DNA from: Octopus bimaculoides
Taxonomy: Eukaryota
Reading direction: 5' to 3'
DNA: 64,000 nucleotides
NCBI RefSeq assembly: GCF_001194135.2
Contig: NC_068998.1
Span: forward strand, 48,505,296 to 48,569,295
Part shown: positions 1 through 12,022 of the stretch, one piece after another
Layout: every line of letters starts with the position of its first letter
Position numbering within the stretch: position 1 is the stretch's first letter
The notes under the pieces: generated by a model
Databases searched by the model: none
What the model was told of the DNA's origin: nothing
The model's input: only the letters and a program-made list of their open reading frames with translations
Position numbers and translations under genes: made by a program

Positions 1-507
1 ATACATATATATACACACACATATACTTGTGTGTGCTTACCAAAATAAATGTATTAGGTAAATTCCCATTGAAGTGGGGTTATCAAACTAATGACGTCAG
101 TGATGTGGTTGAGTCAAGATAACAGAACAATCTCTCCTGCCCGAAAATATCTGTAAGATTCCCAGAGATGCAGTAAATACTAAAACTCTGTTAACAGCCA
201 GACAGCTGCAGAAGACATTTTTTGGAAATGTTCTTTGGTTCAACCCATGCCAGCATAAAAAAAACAAAAGTTAAATGACGTAGATATATATATATATATA
301 TATATATATGTATAATCAGGTCCTGGTAGGATATAAAGGTAGAGTATTTGCAGAGAAGCACTCAACCTGAATTCTGGGAAATCAACAGTGTAGGGTTCCA
401 GACCAAATTCTTTAACACATCTTTAATGTATTAAAGCTGTGTTGGAGAATTTTTTTGTGTTCTTATTAATTCGATTATATATCTATATGTGTGTGTGTGT
501 GTATATA

Positions 508-710
508 TCTCTTACTCTTTTACTTGTTTCAGTCATTTGACTGTGGCCATGCTGGAGCACCGCCTTTAGTCGACCAAATTGACCCCAGGACTTATTCTTT
601 GTAAGCCTAGTACTTATTCCATCAGGTCTCTTTTGCTGAACCGTTAAGTTACAGGGACGTAAACACACCAGCATCGGTTGTCAAGCGATGGTGAGGGGGG
701 ACAAACACAG

Positions 711-751
<41 letters not shown>

Positions 752-914
752 CGACGGGCTTCTTTCAGTTTCCATCTACCAAATCCACTCACAAGGTTTT
801 GGTCAGCCCGAGGCTATAGTAGAAGACACTTGCCCAAGGTGCCACGCAGTGGGACTGAACCCGGAACCATGTGGCTGGTAAGCAAGCTACTTACCACACA
901 GCCACTCCTACGCC
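508..914 (-). mobile_element. SINE family A, full-length (tRNA-like head, CORE-like segment, TA/CA linker, right arm)
   Basis: Head with A-box TGGCTGTGTGG and B-box GGTTCAGTCCC, CORE-like ccttgggcaagtgtc, 3' (AAAAGAGT)n tail. Near-identical copies at 49307-49725 and 9414-9858. Confidence 0.9.
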
Positions 915-1024
915 TATAAATATATATATATATAAATATATATATATAAATAAATATATATGTAAATATATATATATATATATGTAAATATATATATATA
1001 TATATGTAAATATATATATATATG

Positions 1025-1070
<46 letters not shown>

Positions 1071-1394
1071 TATAGGTATAGGACATCACCAACTGTGTAA
1101 ACAACATGAAGTACGAAAGAGTTAAACACGCAAACAGAATGATGAATGTCCAAACAATACAGTATCTATCTAGTTTCAATACATTCTGAAATGATTCAAA
1201 CATGAATATCTGATTGCTGTTGTTTGCTCACTATGAGAGTATGTTTCCTCACTTTTATCTGATGTGTGTTCAGAACACACGCAATTTATGGGTGAAAGGT
1301 CTACCGGGTAGAGGTGTTTTTTGATTAACAAACAACAGCAATTGAATATCCAAGTTCAAATCAGACAAAATGTATTAAGAGTAAATAGATATCC

Positions 1395-1625
1395 ATCAAC
1401 TTTTACCTGTTTCAGTCATTGGACTGCGACCATGCTGGGACACTGCCTTGAACGCTTTCATGGAACAAATCAACCCAACAATTTATTTTATTTTTTTAAG
1501 CCTGGTGCTTATTCTGTCAGAGTCTTTTGCCAAAGCTCTAGCTTATGAGGACATAAACAAACCAACAACAGCTGTCAACTGGTGGTGAGGGAGAAACACA
1601 AAAATACACACACACACATAAATAC
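1395..1625 (-). mobile_element. SINE A right arm, diverged
   Basis: ttttacctgtttcagtcattggactgcgaccatgctgg...aaacaaaccaac aligns with the family A 3' arm. Confidence 0.8.
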
Positions 1626-1670
1626 ACATATACATACATATACACACACACATATTTTATTTATATATAG

Positions 1671-2061
1671 GTGAAGGCATGGCTGTGTGATAAGTAACCT
1701 GCTTACGAACCACATGGTTCCGTGTTCAGTCCCACTGCGTGGCACCTTGGGCAAGTGTCTTCTACTATAGCCTTGGGTCAACCAAAGCCTTGTGAGTGGA
1801 TTTGGTAGATGGAAACTGAAAGAAGCCCATTATATGTGTGTGTGAGTATGTGTGTGTCTGTCCCCTCACCATCATTTGACAACGGATGTTGTTGTATTTA
1901 CATCCCTGTAACTTCGCAGTTCAGCAAAAGAGACCAATAGAATAAGTACTAGGGTTACAAAGTATAAGTCCTGGGGTTGATTTGCTCGACTAAAGGCGGT
2001 GCTCCAGCATGGCCGCAGTCAAATGACTGAAACAAATAACAGAGAGTAAAAAGAGTAAAGA

Positions 2062-2062
<1 letters not shown>
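1671..2062 (+). mobile_element. SINE family A, full-length
   Basis: ggcatggctgtgtgataag head through (agagtaaa)n tail; reverse complement of the 508-914 copy. Confidence 0.9.
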
Positions 2063-2100
<38 letters not shown>

Positions 2101-2412
2101 TACCTACATATATATAAATATATATACATACATATGCATACATACAAACATATACATACATATATATACACATATATACATACATATACATACACATATA
2201 TACACATACACACATATATATACATACATATACATACAAACATATACATATATATACATACATACATATACATAAATACATATACATATATATATATACA
2301 TACATACATATACACATACATATATATATATATATATATACATATATATACACATATTTACATATATATACACATTTATATATACATACACACACACATA
2401 TATATTTATATA
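2063..2412. repeat. Compound (TA)/(TACA)/(CA) microsatellite
   Basis: Visible directly; it generates the Y/I/M/C/V-rich pseudo-ORFs in the track. Confidence 0.95.
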
Positions 2413-2566
2413 GAGAAACATTTCTAAAACACTACTACATATTTTATCACTTCTACCGAAGTGGCACCACATGTTGGGAGGATTTGATATTAGGAACTTG
2501 AAGAACCAAAATAAATACTGGGAACTACTGATTCTACAACACAGCTATTGTTACATGAAGATATTG

Positions 2567-2790
2567 AGGCGCGTGGCTTAGTGGTTAGAGTGTTGGACTC
2601 ATGATCGTAAGACTGTGGTTTCGATTCCTGGACTGGGCGCTGAATTGTATTCTTGAGCAAAACACTTCATTTCACGTTGCTCCAGTCCTCTCAGCTGGCA
2701 AAAATGAGTAATCCTGCGACGGACCAGAGTCCGTCCAGGGTGGGGAATATATACGCCATGGAAACCGGGAAACCGGCCCTATGTGTCTAT
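2567..2790 (+). mobile_element. tRNA-derived CORE-type SINE (family C')
   Basis: A-box gtggcttagtgg, B-box ggtttcgattcc, CORE-like ttcttgagcaaaacacttcatttcacgttgctccagtc. Related head at 30374 and related tail (minus strand) at about 43700-43795. Confidence 0.8.
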
Positions 2791-2821
2791 ACGTCTCAGG
2801 AAGGGGCTTAATAGGGCTGTG

Positions 2822-3003
2822 TGCTGGCAGAATCGTTATGGTACCGGACAAAACGCTCAGGGGTATTTCGTCCGTCTTTACGTTCGCAGTCCAAGTTCCG
2901 CGAGGTCGACTCTGCCTTTCATCCTTTCAAGGTCGATAAAATAAGTACGAGTGGAACACTGCGATTGGCGCAATCGATTAACCACCTCCCGCAAAATTTC
3001 AGC
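2822..3003 (+). mobile_element. SINE family B
   Basis: gctggcagaatcgtt...gaggtcgactctgcctttcatcctttcaaggtcgataaaataagtac; more than 10 homologous copies in the window. Confidence 0.85.
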
Positions 3004-3387
3004 ATGATTACATGAAAATATAAAATTTAGCTGTCAAGGGAGATAACTCTCTATTCGTACGCTTATATAATACAATAGAGTTACTTCCCTTGAATATTAT
3101 CTATACCTTGCCGTAGAATTATGCTATAATTACAAGAATGACGGCGTATAGTGATTGCTCCCACTCCGCTCCTGTAATAAACCTATAGAAATAGACTGCA
3201 GTTTCTATATTTAATTTAACGTTAACACTGGGACTAATTAGGGTTAATTACCACAGGGAGTGTAACCACAGGCAAGCGTACCCTTATCGTAAAGAACAGT
3301 TAATTTAGCATCTATACATTTTACGTTGTGAATAATTGAATATATCCAACGACCCGTGTAATTCCTTTGTTTTCTCTTTTGCTTAAA

Positions 3388-3773
3388 AGGAGGCGCAATG
3401 GCCCAGTGGTAAGGGCAGCGGACTCGCGGTCATAGGATCGCGGTTTCGATTCCCAGACCGGGCGTTGTGAGTGTTTATTGAGCAAAAACACCTAAAGTTC
3501 CACGAGGTTCCGGCAGGGGATGGTGGCGAACCCTGCTGTACTCTTTCACCACAACGTTCTCTCACTCTTACTTCCTGTTTCAGTTGTGCCTGTAATTTAA
3601 AGGGTCAGCCTTGTCACACTGTGTCACGCTGAATATCCTTGAGAACTACGTTAAGGGTACACGTGTCTGTGGAGTGCTCAGCCACTTGCACGTTAATTTC
3701 ACGAGCAGGCTGTTCCGTTGATCGGATCAACTGGAACCCTCGACGTCGTAAGCGACGGAGTGTCAACAACAAC
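3388..3773 (+). mobile_element. tRNA-derived SINE family C, full-length, with probable TSD
   Basis: A-box TGGCCCAGTGG, B-box GGTTTCGATTCC, (AAC)n tail, tttgctta on both flanks. About 95% identical by eye to the inverted copy at 16305-16688. Confidence 0.92.
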
Positions 3774-4344
3774 ATTTGCTTAGAATATAAATTAAGTATC
3801 GATAAAATCAATAATGCTTTCAATCACTAATTTCCACGTTAACTTTGACATTTTATGCTGATCCACCAACAGGCACATTTCATAGTCATTGGAGCTGCTG
3901 GAAATACCAGCCGAGTCTGCCTCAGTTTACTTCTTATCGTCTTAAAAAGGAAAAGACACATTAAAGAATGTAGTCCTAGATATGTTATGAACAAAAGGTG
4001 AGATGGTCACAGTTGGAACATCGTTCATCATCAACATACACATCAGGGCCTAAACAATAACTATGTGTAAGAATGCATTGTATAATACAGTCCTTGATAC
4101 ACGTGATACAGAGGGGCTGGCATGGGACCAGCATGGATGGGGACGGGTGGTACTGGTGGACCTGATCGGCTCAATGCACAATGACACTTCTGGGACCATT
4201 GATCTGGAATGACCCCAGCCCCACCGAGCAAAATCATTAGTGAGTGAGTAATACACTCATGGCCAGAACAACTTTGATCTTAGGCTTGCTTGATCATGCG
4301 TAAATTTGATGGGGTGCGGGGATACACAACCAATTATCGTTTTT

Positions 4345-4732
4345 GCTTCTTTCAGTCATTGGGCTGTGGCCATGCTGGAGCACCGCCTTCAGAGGTTTAG
4401 TCAAACAAATCGACCCTGATCCCAGTATTTGTCTGTAAGTCTGGTACTTATTTTCTCAGTGTCTTTGACCAAACTGATAAGCCACACAGGTGTAAAGAAA
4501 CCAACATCGTTGTCAAGCAGTGGTGGTGGTGGGGACACAACAACATATATGTGTGTGCGTGCATATATGACAGGCTTCAACATAGTTTCCATGTAAAAAA
4601 AAATCACTTGCTAGGCATTGGTTAGCCTACAGCTATAGTAGACAGCTGTTCAAAGTACCACATGGTGGGACTGAACCTGAAACCACACGGTTGCAAAGCA
4701 AGCTTCTTAACCACACACCCATGCCTGTGCCC
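4345..4732 (-). mobile_element. SINE family A, diverged full-length
   Basis: Aligns along its length with the 508-914 copy. Confidence 0.8.
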
Positions 4733-4988
4733 ATGAGAAATTTGAAGCCGATGTTACAGTGCATATAGATCGTCACCTCTCTTATCATCGTCATCATCAT
4801 CATCATCATATGAGTAGGCTCGTCAAACCTTTATGACCTCAAGCTTAAAACACAGCCTCCACATCAGATGATGGTCGGAGGAGAGAACACGCTGAGGCAT
4901 TCGTATTGAGCAAGGGCAATCCATCCCAGTCTAATCCTATGAGGAAACAAAGTTAGCAGAACACACTTCTGCATTCATGAGTGACTAT

Positions 4989-5045
<57 letters not shown>

Positions 5046-5046
<1 letters not shown>

Positions 5047-5203
5047 GACGGGCTTCTTTCAGTTTCCGTCTACCAAATCAACTCACAAGGCTTTGGTCGG
5101 CCCGAGGCTATAGTAGAAGACACTTGTTTAAGGTGCTACGCAGTGGAACTGAACTCGGAATCATGTGGTTGAAAAACAAGCTTCTTCCCACACAGCCACG
5201 CCT
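5046..5203 (-). mobile_element. SINE A left monomer, followed by an opposite-strand A tail fragment (about 5221-5335)
   Basis: acgacgggcttctttcagtttcc...cacacagccacgcc matches the A head. Confidence 0.85.
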
Positions 5204-5964
5204 CGATAGAAAAAAAATTATAGAATAAGTATCAGATATAATAAATAATAAGAAGAGTTGATCTGTGTGACTAAAATCCTATAAAGCGGTGCCCCAGCAT
5301 GGCCGTAGTCTTATGGCTGAAACAAGGAAAAAATAAACATCGGTGTATATGGTGTGCACACAAGCCTAGGACAAAATAATTACAATCGCGAAAAAAAAAA
5401 ATTTTTTTCAGGGAAAGTAACTTCCTCGTACATGAGAGTTACTTCCCTTGAAAGAAATTAGTTTTTCGAATTAAGGTTGGTGGCGTTTTCTAATATGCAA
5501 CACTGTTAAACGTAAAATTTAGGAAGCACAACTGTCTAACTAAAGAATATAGAGTCGATGCGGTGAAACAGACGAATTCTATTGGAATATTTAAACGTTA
5601 GAGATACTGGTGATTCTGTTATTTGTTTGTTTTGAAACTGATCTTCGATATTATTTTAACTTCATAATAATTAACATCACATATAATAATATAGCATATA
5701 ATAATTAACATCACATATTTCTCATCGCTGACTTCATCCAACTGAAAGAGTTTATAAACATCATTCTCCAGTGAGGTAGCAGAAAATATGCATATATAGA
5801 CAAAGCTAGGTAGGGAGCTATTTAGATAGCAAGCAAGCTATTTAGACAGTTAGCTAGCTATGTTAGTGCATCGTAGATACTTAACTTAGGAAGCTGGCTA
5901 CGTCCATCCCTCCAATACTTTGTATTAAATATTTCATAACGATATCACTTAGGTGCAGTTGTAG

Positions 5965-6130
5965 ACAGGCACAGGCATAGCTGTGTGGTGGAGAAGCTTA
6001 ACTGCCAACCATATGGGCTTGAGTTCAGTCCTGTAACATGACACCTTGAGCAAGTGTCTTCTACAGTAGCTCTGAACCAACCAAAGCCTTGGGAGCGGAT
6101 TTGGTAGTCAGAATGTAAAGAAAGCCCACC

Positions 6131-6172
<42 letters not shown>

Positions 6173-6365
6173 TTATGTGTATATGTGTATGTGTGTAACC
6201 TTGTCCTGACATCACGTAGTGGTTGTTATTGAACAAGCAATTGTTTTACAAGCAATGTTATTCCAGTCTCCCATTAAGGGGAAATATTCCCTTGTCTGGA
6301 AGCAGGCAAGGGTTGGAAACAGGAAGAGCATCCAGTCAGAGAAAATTTGCATCAACAAATTCTAC
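5965..6365 (+). mobile_element. SINE family A2 (A left monomer with an alternative right arm)
   Basis: A-type head and CORE, TA/TG linker, then ccttgtcctgacatc...ggggaaatattcc...aggaagagcatccag, as in 42395-42845. Confidence 0.75.
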
Positions 6366-7734
6366 ATGCTCCCTAGAACTACCATATGCTTACTCTTAGT
6401 TCCTCCCATTCAGTTGCCCTCTACATCAGGCAGCAAAATGCCTCCAATTATTCTGGTTTTGAGCAAATTTTCCTGCATCTTTCCAGGTGAGGCTAAGTAG
6501 CTTTAGAACTTCTTTGAAGGTGGAGCACATTGCCGTTTTGTGTCTCCCTCGCTACTATTTCATCCCTTTCGTGGTACCCATTGTATACTTGTCTTGGGTG
6601 TTCACTTTTCTGGGAGTGCAGAAAACATGACCAGCATGTCACACCTTTTTTTGTTTTCACACCACAATCTCCTGCAGGCTGCACAGACTGGTTCTCAGGA
6701 CTTCAGAGCTATTACATACAGCCAGATCTATATCACAGAGGAGAAAAGGGAATACAGATGATCCTTAGCTGGGTCTCCACGACTGGTGGAGGAAGTTATC
6801 TTCAGTCCAAAGACCTCGCCTAAGTCCTTATAACAAAGTAGGCTGTACTAAACGCACCAAAGGCTCACATAATGACAGCGCCAAACGAAGCAATACATTA
6901 AAGTCTACTAATGCAACAATTCACCATTCTATTCTTCTATTCCTCTTATAATACATAATATTGATATTCCTTGCTATTCTTCAGCTCTGTTTGGTCAGCT
7001 TACATAATGGTCATTTGTTACTAAATGTTTGTCTCGGACTTAATCTCTTCGTTTATCATGCAGACATCTTTTGATGTCATTTGCCTTTTTTAATGCTTTC
7101 TCTTTAGTTTTTCTCATTGAAGTTTGAAGTTTGTACTAAATTCGGTCGAGTAGTTCAATACAACTTTCCTTTGATCATTGATCTTACATCTTTGTCTAGA
7201 ATCTTACAGTTCAATTTCCTAATCATTTTCAAACGAACAATTAAAAAAAAAAAAAAATACAAACAATTTATAGACAAAACAAAACACTCTTCATTGTTTT
7301 ACCTTTAACAATGAATTATTTCTCTGTTATTAATTCAATGTCCAAAACAACGCATTCTGCTAATGGTAGATGTTTGAAAGGCAAAATAATTTCTTTGCAA
7401 AGAACCTTTCATTTTATTATGTTCACTCATTAACATCAACAAATCCCACAGTCATAAGTCATCAGTCATATNNNNNNNNNNNNNNNNNNNNNNNNNNNNN
7501 NNNNNNNNNNNNNNNNNNNNNNNNNNNNNNNNNNNNNNNNNNNNNNNNNNNNNNNNNNNNNNNNNNNNNNNNNNNNNNNNNNNNNNNNNNNNNNNNNNNN
7601 NNNNNNNNNNNNNNNNNNNNNNNNNNNNNNNNNNNNNNNNNNNNNNNNGAGGCATCATGCCAGTAATAATAAACACACGCACTGTGCATGTGTTTATTAT
7701 TATTGGCTCCTCACAAAGTTCAATAGTGTATATA

Positions 7735-7789
<55 letters not shown>

Positions 7790-7849
7790 CATGCTACACA
7801 TACACATAATATCAAAACACAGATTAGAAACTGCAATGCTAAAACTTAC

Positions 7850-7937
7850 GGTAAATTTGTCAGCTGCAGTGAAATCTTCATCCAGGAATACCCGAACCCT
7901 GTCAAAGTTCTGTAATTCATCGCAGCCTAATAAACTC
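7850..7937 (-). CDS. INPP5A: Next coding exon of INPP5A (equivalent to human exon 4)
   Basis: Translation (T)SLLGCDELQNFDRVRVFLDEDFTAADKFT matches recalled human ELLSSDAMKEYNRARVYLDENYKSQEHFT. Acceptor ttttctacttgtAG, donor GTAAGT, 88 nt. Its phase-2 start completes the split ACG codon from the 13710-13810 exon. Confidence 0.96.
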
Positions 7938-9062
7938 CTACAAGTAGAAAAGGGGAGAAAGTTAGCAAAACCTGAAGAGATAACAACACTCTCATCCACT
8001 TCCAACACACACAATTAAGAACCATCATCATCATTAACAGCATCATCATTGATATTATCATCAGTTGCCAGTGCCGCTCGACTGGCTCCTGTGCAGGTGG
8101 CACGTAAAAGCACCCACTACACTCTCGGAGTGGTTGGCGTTAGGAAGGGCATCCAGCTTGAGAAACTCACAAAACAAATGATGGAGGAGCAAGTCGTATT
8201 GAGGGCAGTGGCCTTATGCCAGGTGATGAGAGGCCAAAATATGATAAAGGGACAGGAATGGGTGCATTGGTGTAGGGGAGATACATGGCTGTCCTAGTTG
8301 GACAGGAGAGAGGATGACATTGTGTCAGGACATACCCCCAAGTGACAAGAAAGTGAATACAAGTGGTACATCATGGAAAGAAAAACTTATTTTCTTTGCT
8401 TTCCATTTTATAAGTGTGTCCAGTTCCTATCATGTCCAGTTAACAAATTCATATAAAGGAGATAATTCACTGGCCATGAAGAAACAGAGAAATTGCCAGA
8501 CTATCACACCTCCGGCACTGTTTCCCTCAACACATTTTTGCACTCTTGCTAAATTCATCCATTCAACTCGGATCTTCTTTTATAATCACTCTTCCTCCTG
8601 TTCACCTTCCTCATCAGGTTGTCTTCAACAAACAGAGATGTGAGAGGGTAGTAAAGACTGTTTATCCTTGCAGAGCACAAAGCAACTTCTCCTGTGGTGG
8701 TGGTAGCCATGATAAAATGCCCTCAGTACATACATTCTGTAACTGAATGACAACAAATGGAAGGTGGAGAGGACTATAAGCCTTGTAGAAAACATAACAT
8801 TCTCAGCAGTGTTGATATCACAGGAAAATTAATCCAATATACTCTGTAAAGTTGTTGATGATAAAAGAGATCTCTAGGCATAGAAACCAAGCTAAAAATG
8901 GAATAGATGAATGAGATATGGCATGTTCCTCCAGTCTGGCTAGATGAACAGTAACTTAGATCAACAACTGAATCACACTTGTCCAGATCATGCCAACTAA
9001 CTGTGGCTTTCGCATGTCTAGCATAGGGGCTGTCATATATTTTAAGCTTGTATGTTTCCTTG

Positions 9063-9330
9063 TACTCTTTTACTCGTTTTACTCTTTTACTTGTTTCAGT
9101 CACTTGACTGTGGCCATGCTGGAGCACCACCTTTAGTCAAGCAAATTGACCCCAGGACTTATTCTTTGTAAGCCTAGTACTTATTCTATCGGTCCCTTTT
9201 GCTGAAACGCTAAGTTACCAGGACATAAACACACCAGCATCGGTTGTCAAGCGATACTGGGGTGACAAACACAGACACACAAACATATACACACACACAC
9301 ACATATATATATACGACAGGCTTCTTTCAG
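9063..9330 (-). mobile_element. SINE A, 5'-truncated
   Basis: (tactcttt)n tail through the linker to cttctttcag. Confidence 0.9.
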
Positions 9331-9413
9331 GGTTTACAAAGATATTTTTACATGATAATGATTCATAGGAAGACCCACTGGACAATGAAAATCCAAACAA
9401 TACCATACCTATT

Positions 9414-9525
9414 CATGGCACCTTGGGCAAGTGTCTTCTACTATAGCCTGGGGCAGACCAAAGCCTTGCGAGTGGATTTTGGTAGACGGAAACTGAAAGA
9501 AGCCCGTTGTATGTATGTATGTATG

Positions 9526-9560
<35 letters not shown>

Positions 9561-9858
9561 NNNNNNNNNNNNNNNNNNNNNNNNNNNNNNNNNNTATATA
9601 TGTATATATATATATATATATGTATGTATGTGTGTGTATATGTTTGTGTGCCTGTGTTTGTTCTCCCAACATCACTTGACAACCGATGCTGGTGTGTTTA
9701 CGTCCCCGTAACCTAGCGGTTCAGCAAAAAGAGACTGATAGAATAAGTACTAGGCTTCCAAAGAATAAGTCCTGGGGTCGATTTGCTGGACTAAAAGGCG
9801 GTGCTCCAGCATGGCCGCAGTCAAAATGACTGAAACAAGTAAAATAGTAAAAATAGTA
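9414..9858 (+). mobile_element. SINE A, starting at the CORE segment
   Basis: catggcaccttgggcaagtgtc through (aaaatagt)n tail; contains a 34-N gap in the linker. Confidence 0.9.
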
Positions 9859-9918
9859 AGATAGTATACTAATCACAAATATCGTCGTGGTCTTGCATGT
9901 AAATCCTAGTACTTTTGC

Positions 9919-9953
<35 letters not shown>

Positions 9954-10328
9954 AGTGGTTGTTCGTATTTCATGTTCTCTGGTGTTGCTGGTAAGAAAAG
10001 AGGCACAAGATCGTTGTTGTTGCTGTTATTGTTGTTGTTGTTCTTAAGATCAGAAATGCTGAGTGTTAAGCCATAATGTATCTGAGCAAGTTAATCAACA
10101 GCTGCAGTGAAGCAGCATCATCACCACCATCACTACTACTGCCACCACCACCGCCGCCGCCACCCCCATCGTCTTCCTCTTCATCTCCTTCCTTGTTCAA
10201 AACTCAACATTGCTCAGGTTTCCTTTTGATGGTTTTACCATTCCTATTTGCCATCTCTTTCATCCAGCACACCTTTCGGCCAGCAAGCAGGACAAAACAA
10301 TAATATTAATAATAATAATAATAATAAC

Positions 10329-10359
<31 letters not shown>

Positions 10360-11112
10360 TAAAATAAAATAAAAACAAAAATATGGCTTCAATAGCCTTT
10401 TGTAATTTTCACAAATGAAATCACTGGAATAATTCTAATTATTTCTCCTCCACCACCACTACCATTTCACCCCAACCTCCTCCTCNNNNNNNNNNNNNNN
10501 NNNNNNNNNNNNNNNNNNNNNNNNNNNNNNNNNNNNNNNNNNNNNNNNNNNNNNNNNNNNNNNNNNNNNNNNNNNNNNNNNNNNNNNNNNNNNNNNNNNN
10601 NNNNNNNNNNNNNNNNNNNNNNNNNNNNNNNNNNNNNNNNNNNNNNNNNNNNNNNNNNNNNNNNNNNNNNNNNNNNNNNNNNNNNNNNNNNNNNNNNNNN
10701 NNNNNNNNNNNNNNNNNNNNNNNNNNNNNNNNNNNNNNNNNNNNNNNNNNNNNNNNNNNNNNNNNNNNNNNNNNNNNNNNNNNNNNNNNNNNNNNNNNNN
10801 NNNNNNNNNNNNNNNNNNNNNNNNNNNNNNNNNNNNNNNNNNNNNNNNNNNNNNNNNNNNNNNNNNNNNNNNNNNNNNNNNNNNNNNNNNNNNNNNNNNN
10901 NNNNNNNNNNNNNNNNNNNNNNNNNNNNNNNNNNNNNNNNNNNNNNNNNNNNNNNNNNNNNNNNNNNNNNNNNNNNNNNNNNNNNNNNNNNNNNNNNNNN
11001 NNNNNNNNNNNNNNNNNNNNNNNNNNNNNNNNNNNNNNNNNNNNNNNNNNNNNNNNTACCTGCCTACATAAACTATCTTCTGTATACCAGTTCACCTACC
11101 TGTGTGTGTGTG

Positions 11113-11155
<43 letters not shown>

Positions 11156-11430
11156 GCTGATCAAACCTACTAACTACCTACACACATACATACACATACA
11201 CCATTCGTACCCACACATATATCCATAGATACATGACCATACATACATATATACATGCACACACATACATACATATAATACATATGCACGTACACATACA
11301 TACATACATACAGACACACACACACATATATAATACATACACACACAGACATATATACACACATAGATACGTACAGATACATATACATACACACACAAAT
11401 ATATAGGTACTAATATTACATACATACACA

Positions 11431-12022
11431 AGGCGGTGAACTGGCGGAATAACGAGCGTGCCAGGTAAAATGCTAAGCACCATTTTGTCTGTCTTCACGT
11501 TCGGAGATCAAATCGTGCTTAGGTTAACATTGCCTTTCATCCTTTTGGGATCAATAAAACCAGTATCAGTCGAGCAATGGGATCGATGTAATTGATTCAG
11601 CCCCCTGCACACCCCCCGCTACCACCCCTGAAATTGCTGGTCTTGTGTCAATGTTTGAAATCAAAAAGGCAGCGAGCTGGCAGAATCGTTAGCACGCCAG
11701 GCGAAATGCTTAGTGGTATTTCATCTGTCTTTACGTTCTGAGTTCAAAATCTGACGAGGTCGACTTTGCCTTTCATCCTTTCAGGGTAGATAAATTAGTA
11801 CCAGTTAGGCACTGGGGTCGATGTAATCAACTTAATCCCTTTGTCTGTCCTTGTTTGTCCCCTCTGTGTGTAGCCCCTTGTGGGTAATAAAGAAATAGGA
11901 AACATTAGCACGCTGGGCGAAATGCTTAGCGGTATTTCGTCTCTCTGTACATTCTGAGTTCGAATTCCACCGAGGTCGACTTTACTTTTCATACTTTCAG
12001 GGGTTGATAAATTAAGTACCAA
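11431..12022 (+). mobile_element. Head-to-tail cluster of three family B SINE units
   Basis: Three successive copies of the gaaatgcttag...gcctttcatcc...gataaa..agtacc block beginning near 11431, 11668 and 11900. Confidence 0.85.

Noticed and set aside
1085-1211. Hydrophobic minus-strand frame [41 protein letters not shown]
   Set aside because: No similarity to the expected next INPP5A exon, weak splice signals, and it runs into a TA repeat.
3392-3465. tRNA-like sequence (also at about 16615-16685, 2568-2640, 30374-30440 and 54189-54265)
   Set aside because: Each continues into a SINE body and lacks a proper acceptor stem and terminator; these are SINE heads, not tRNA genes.
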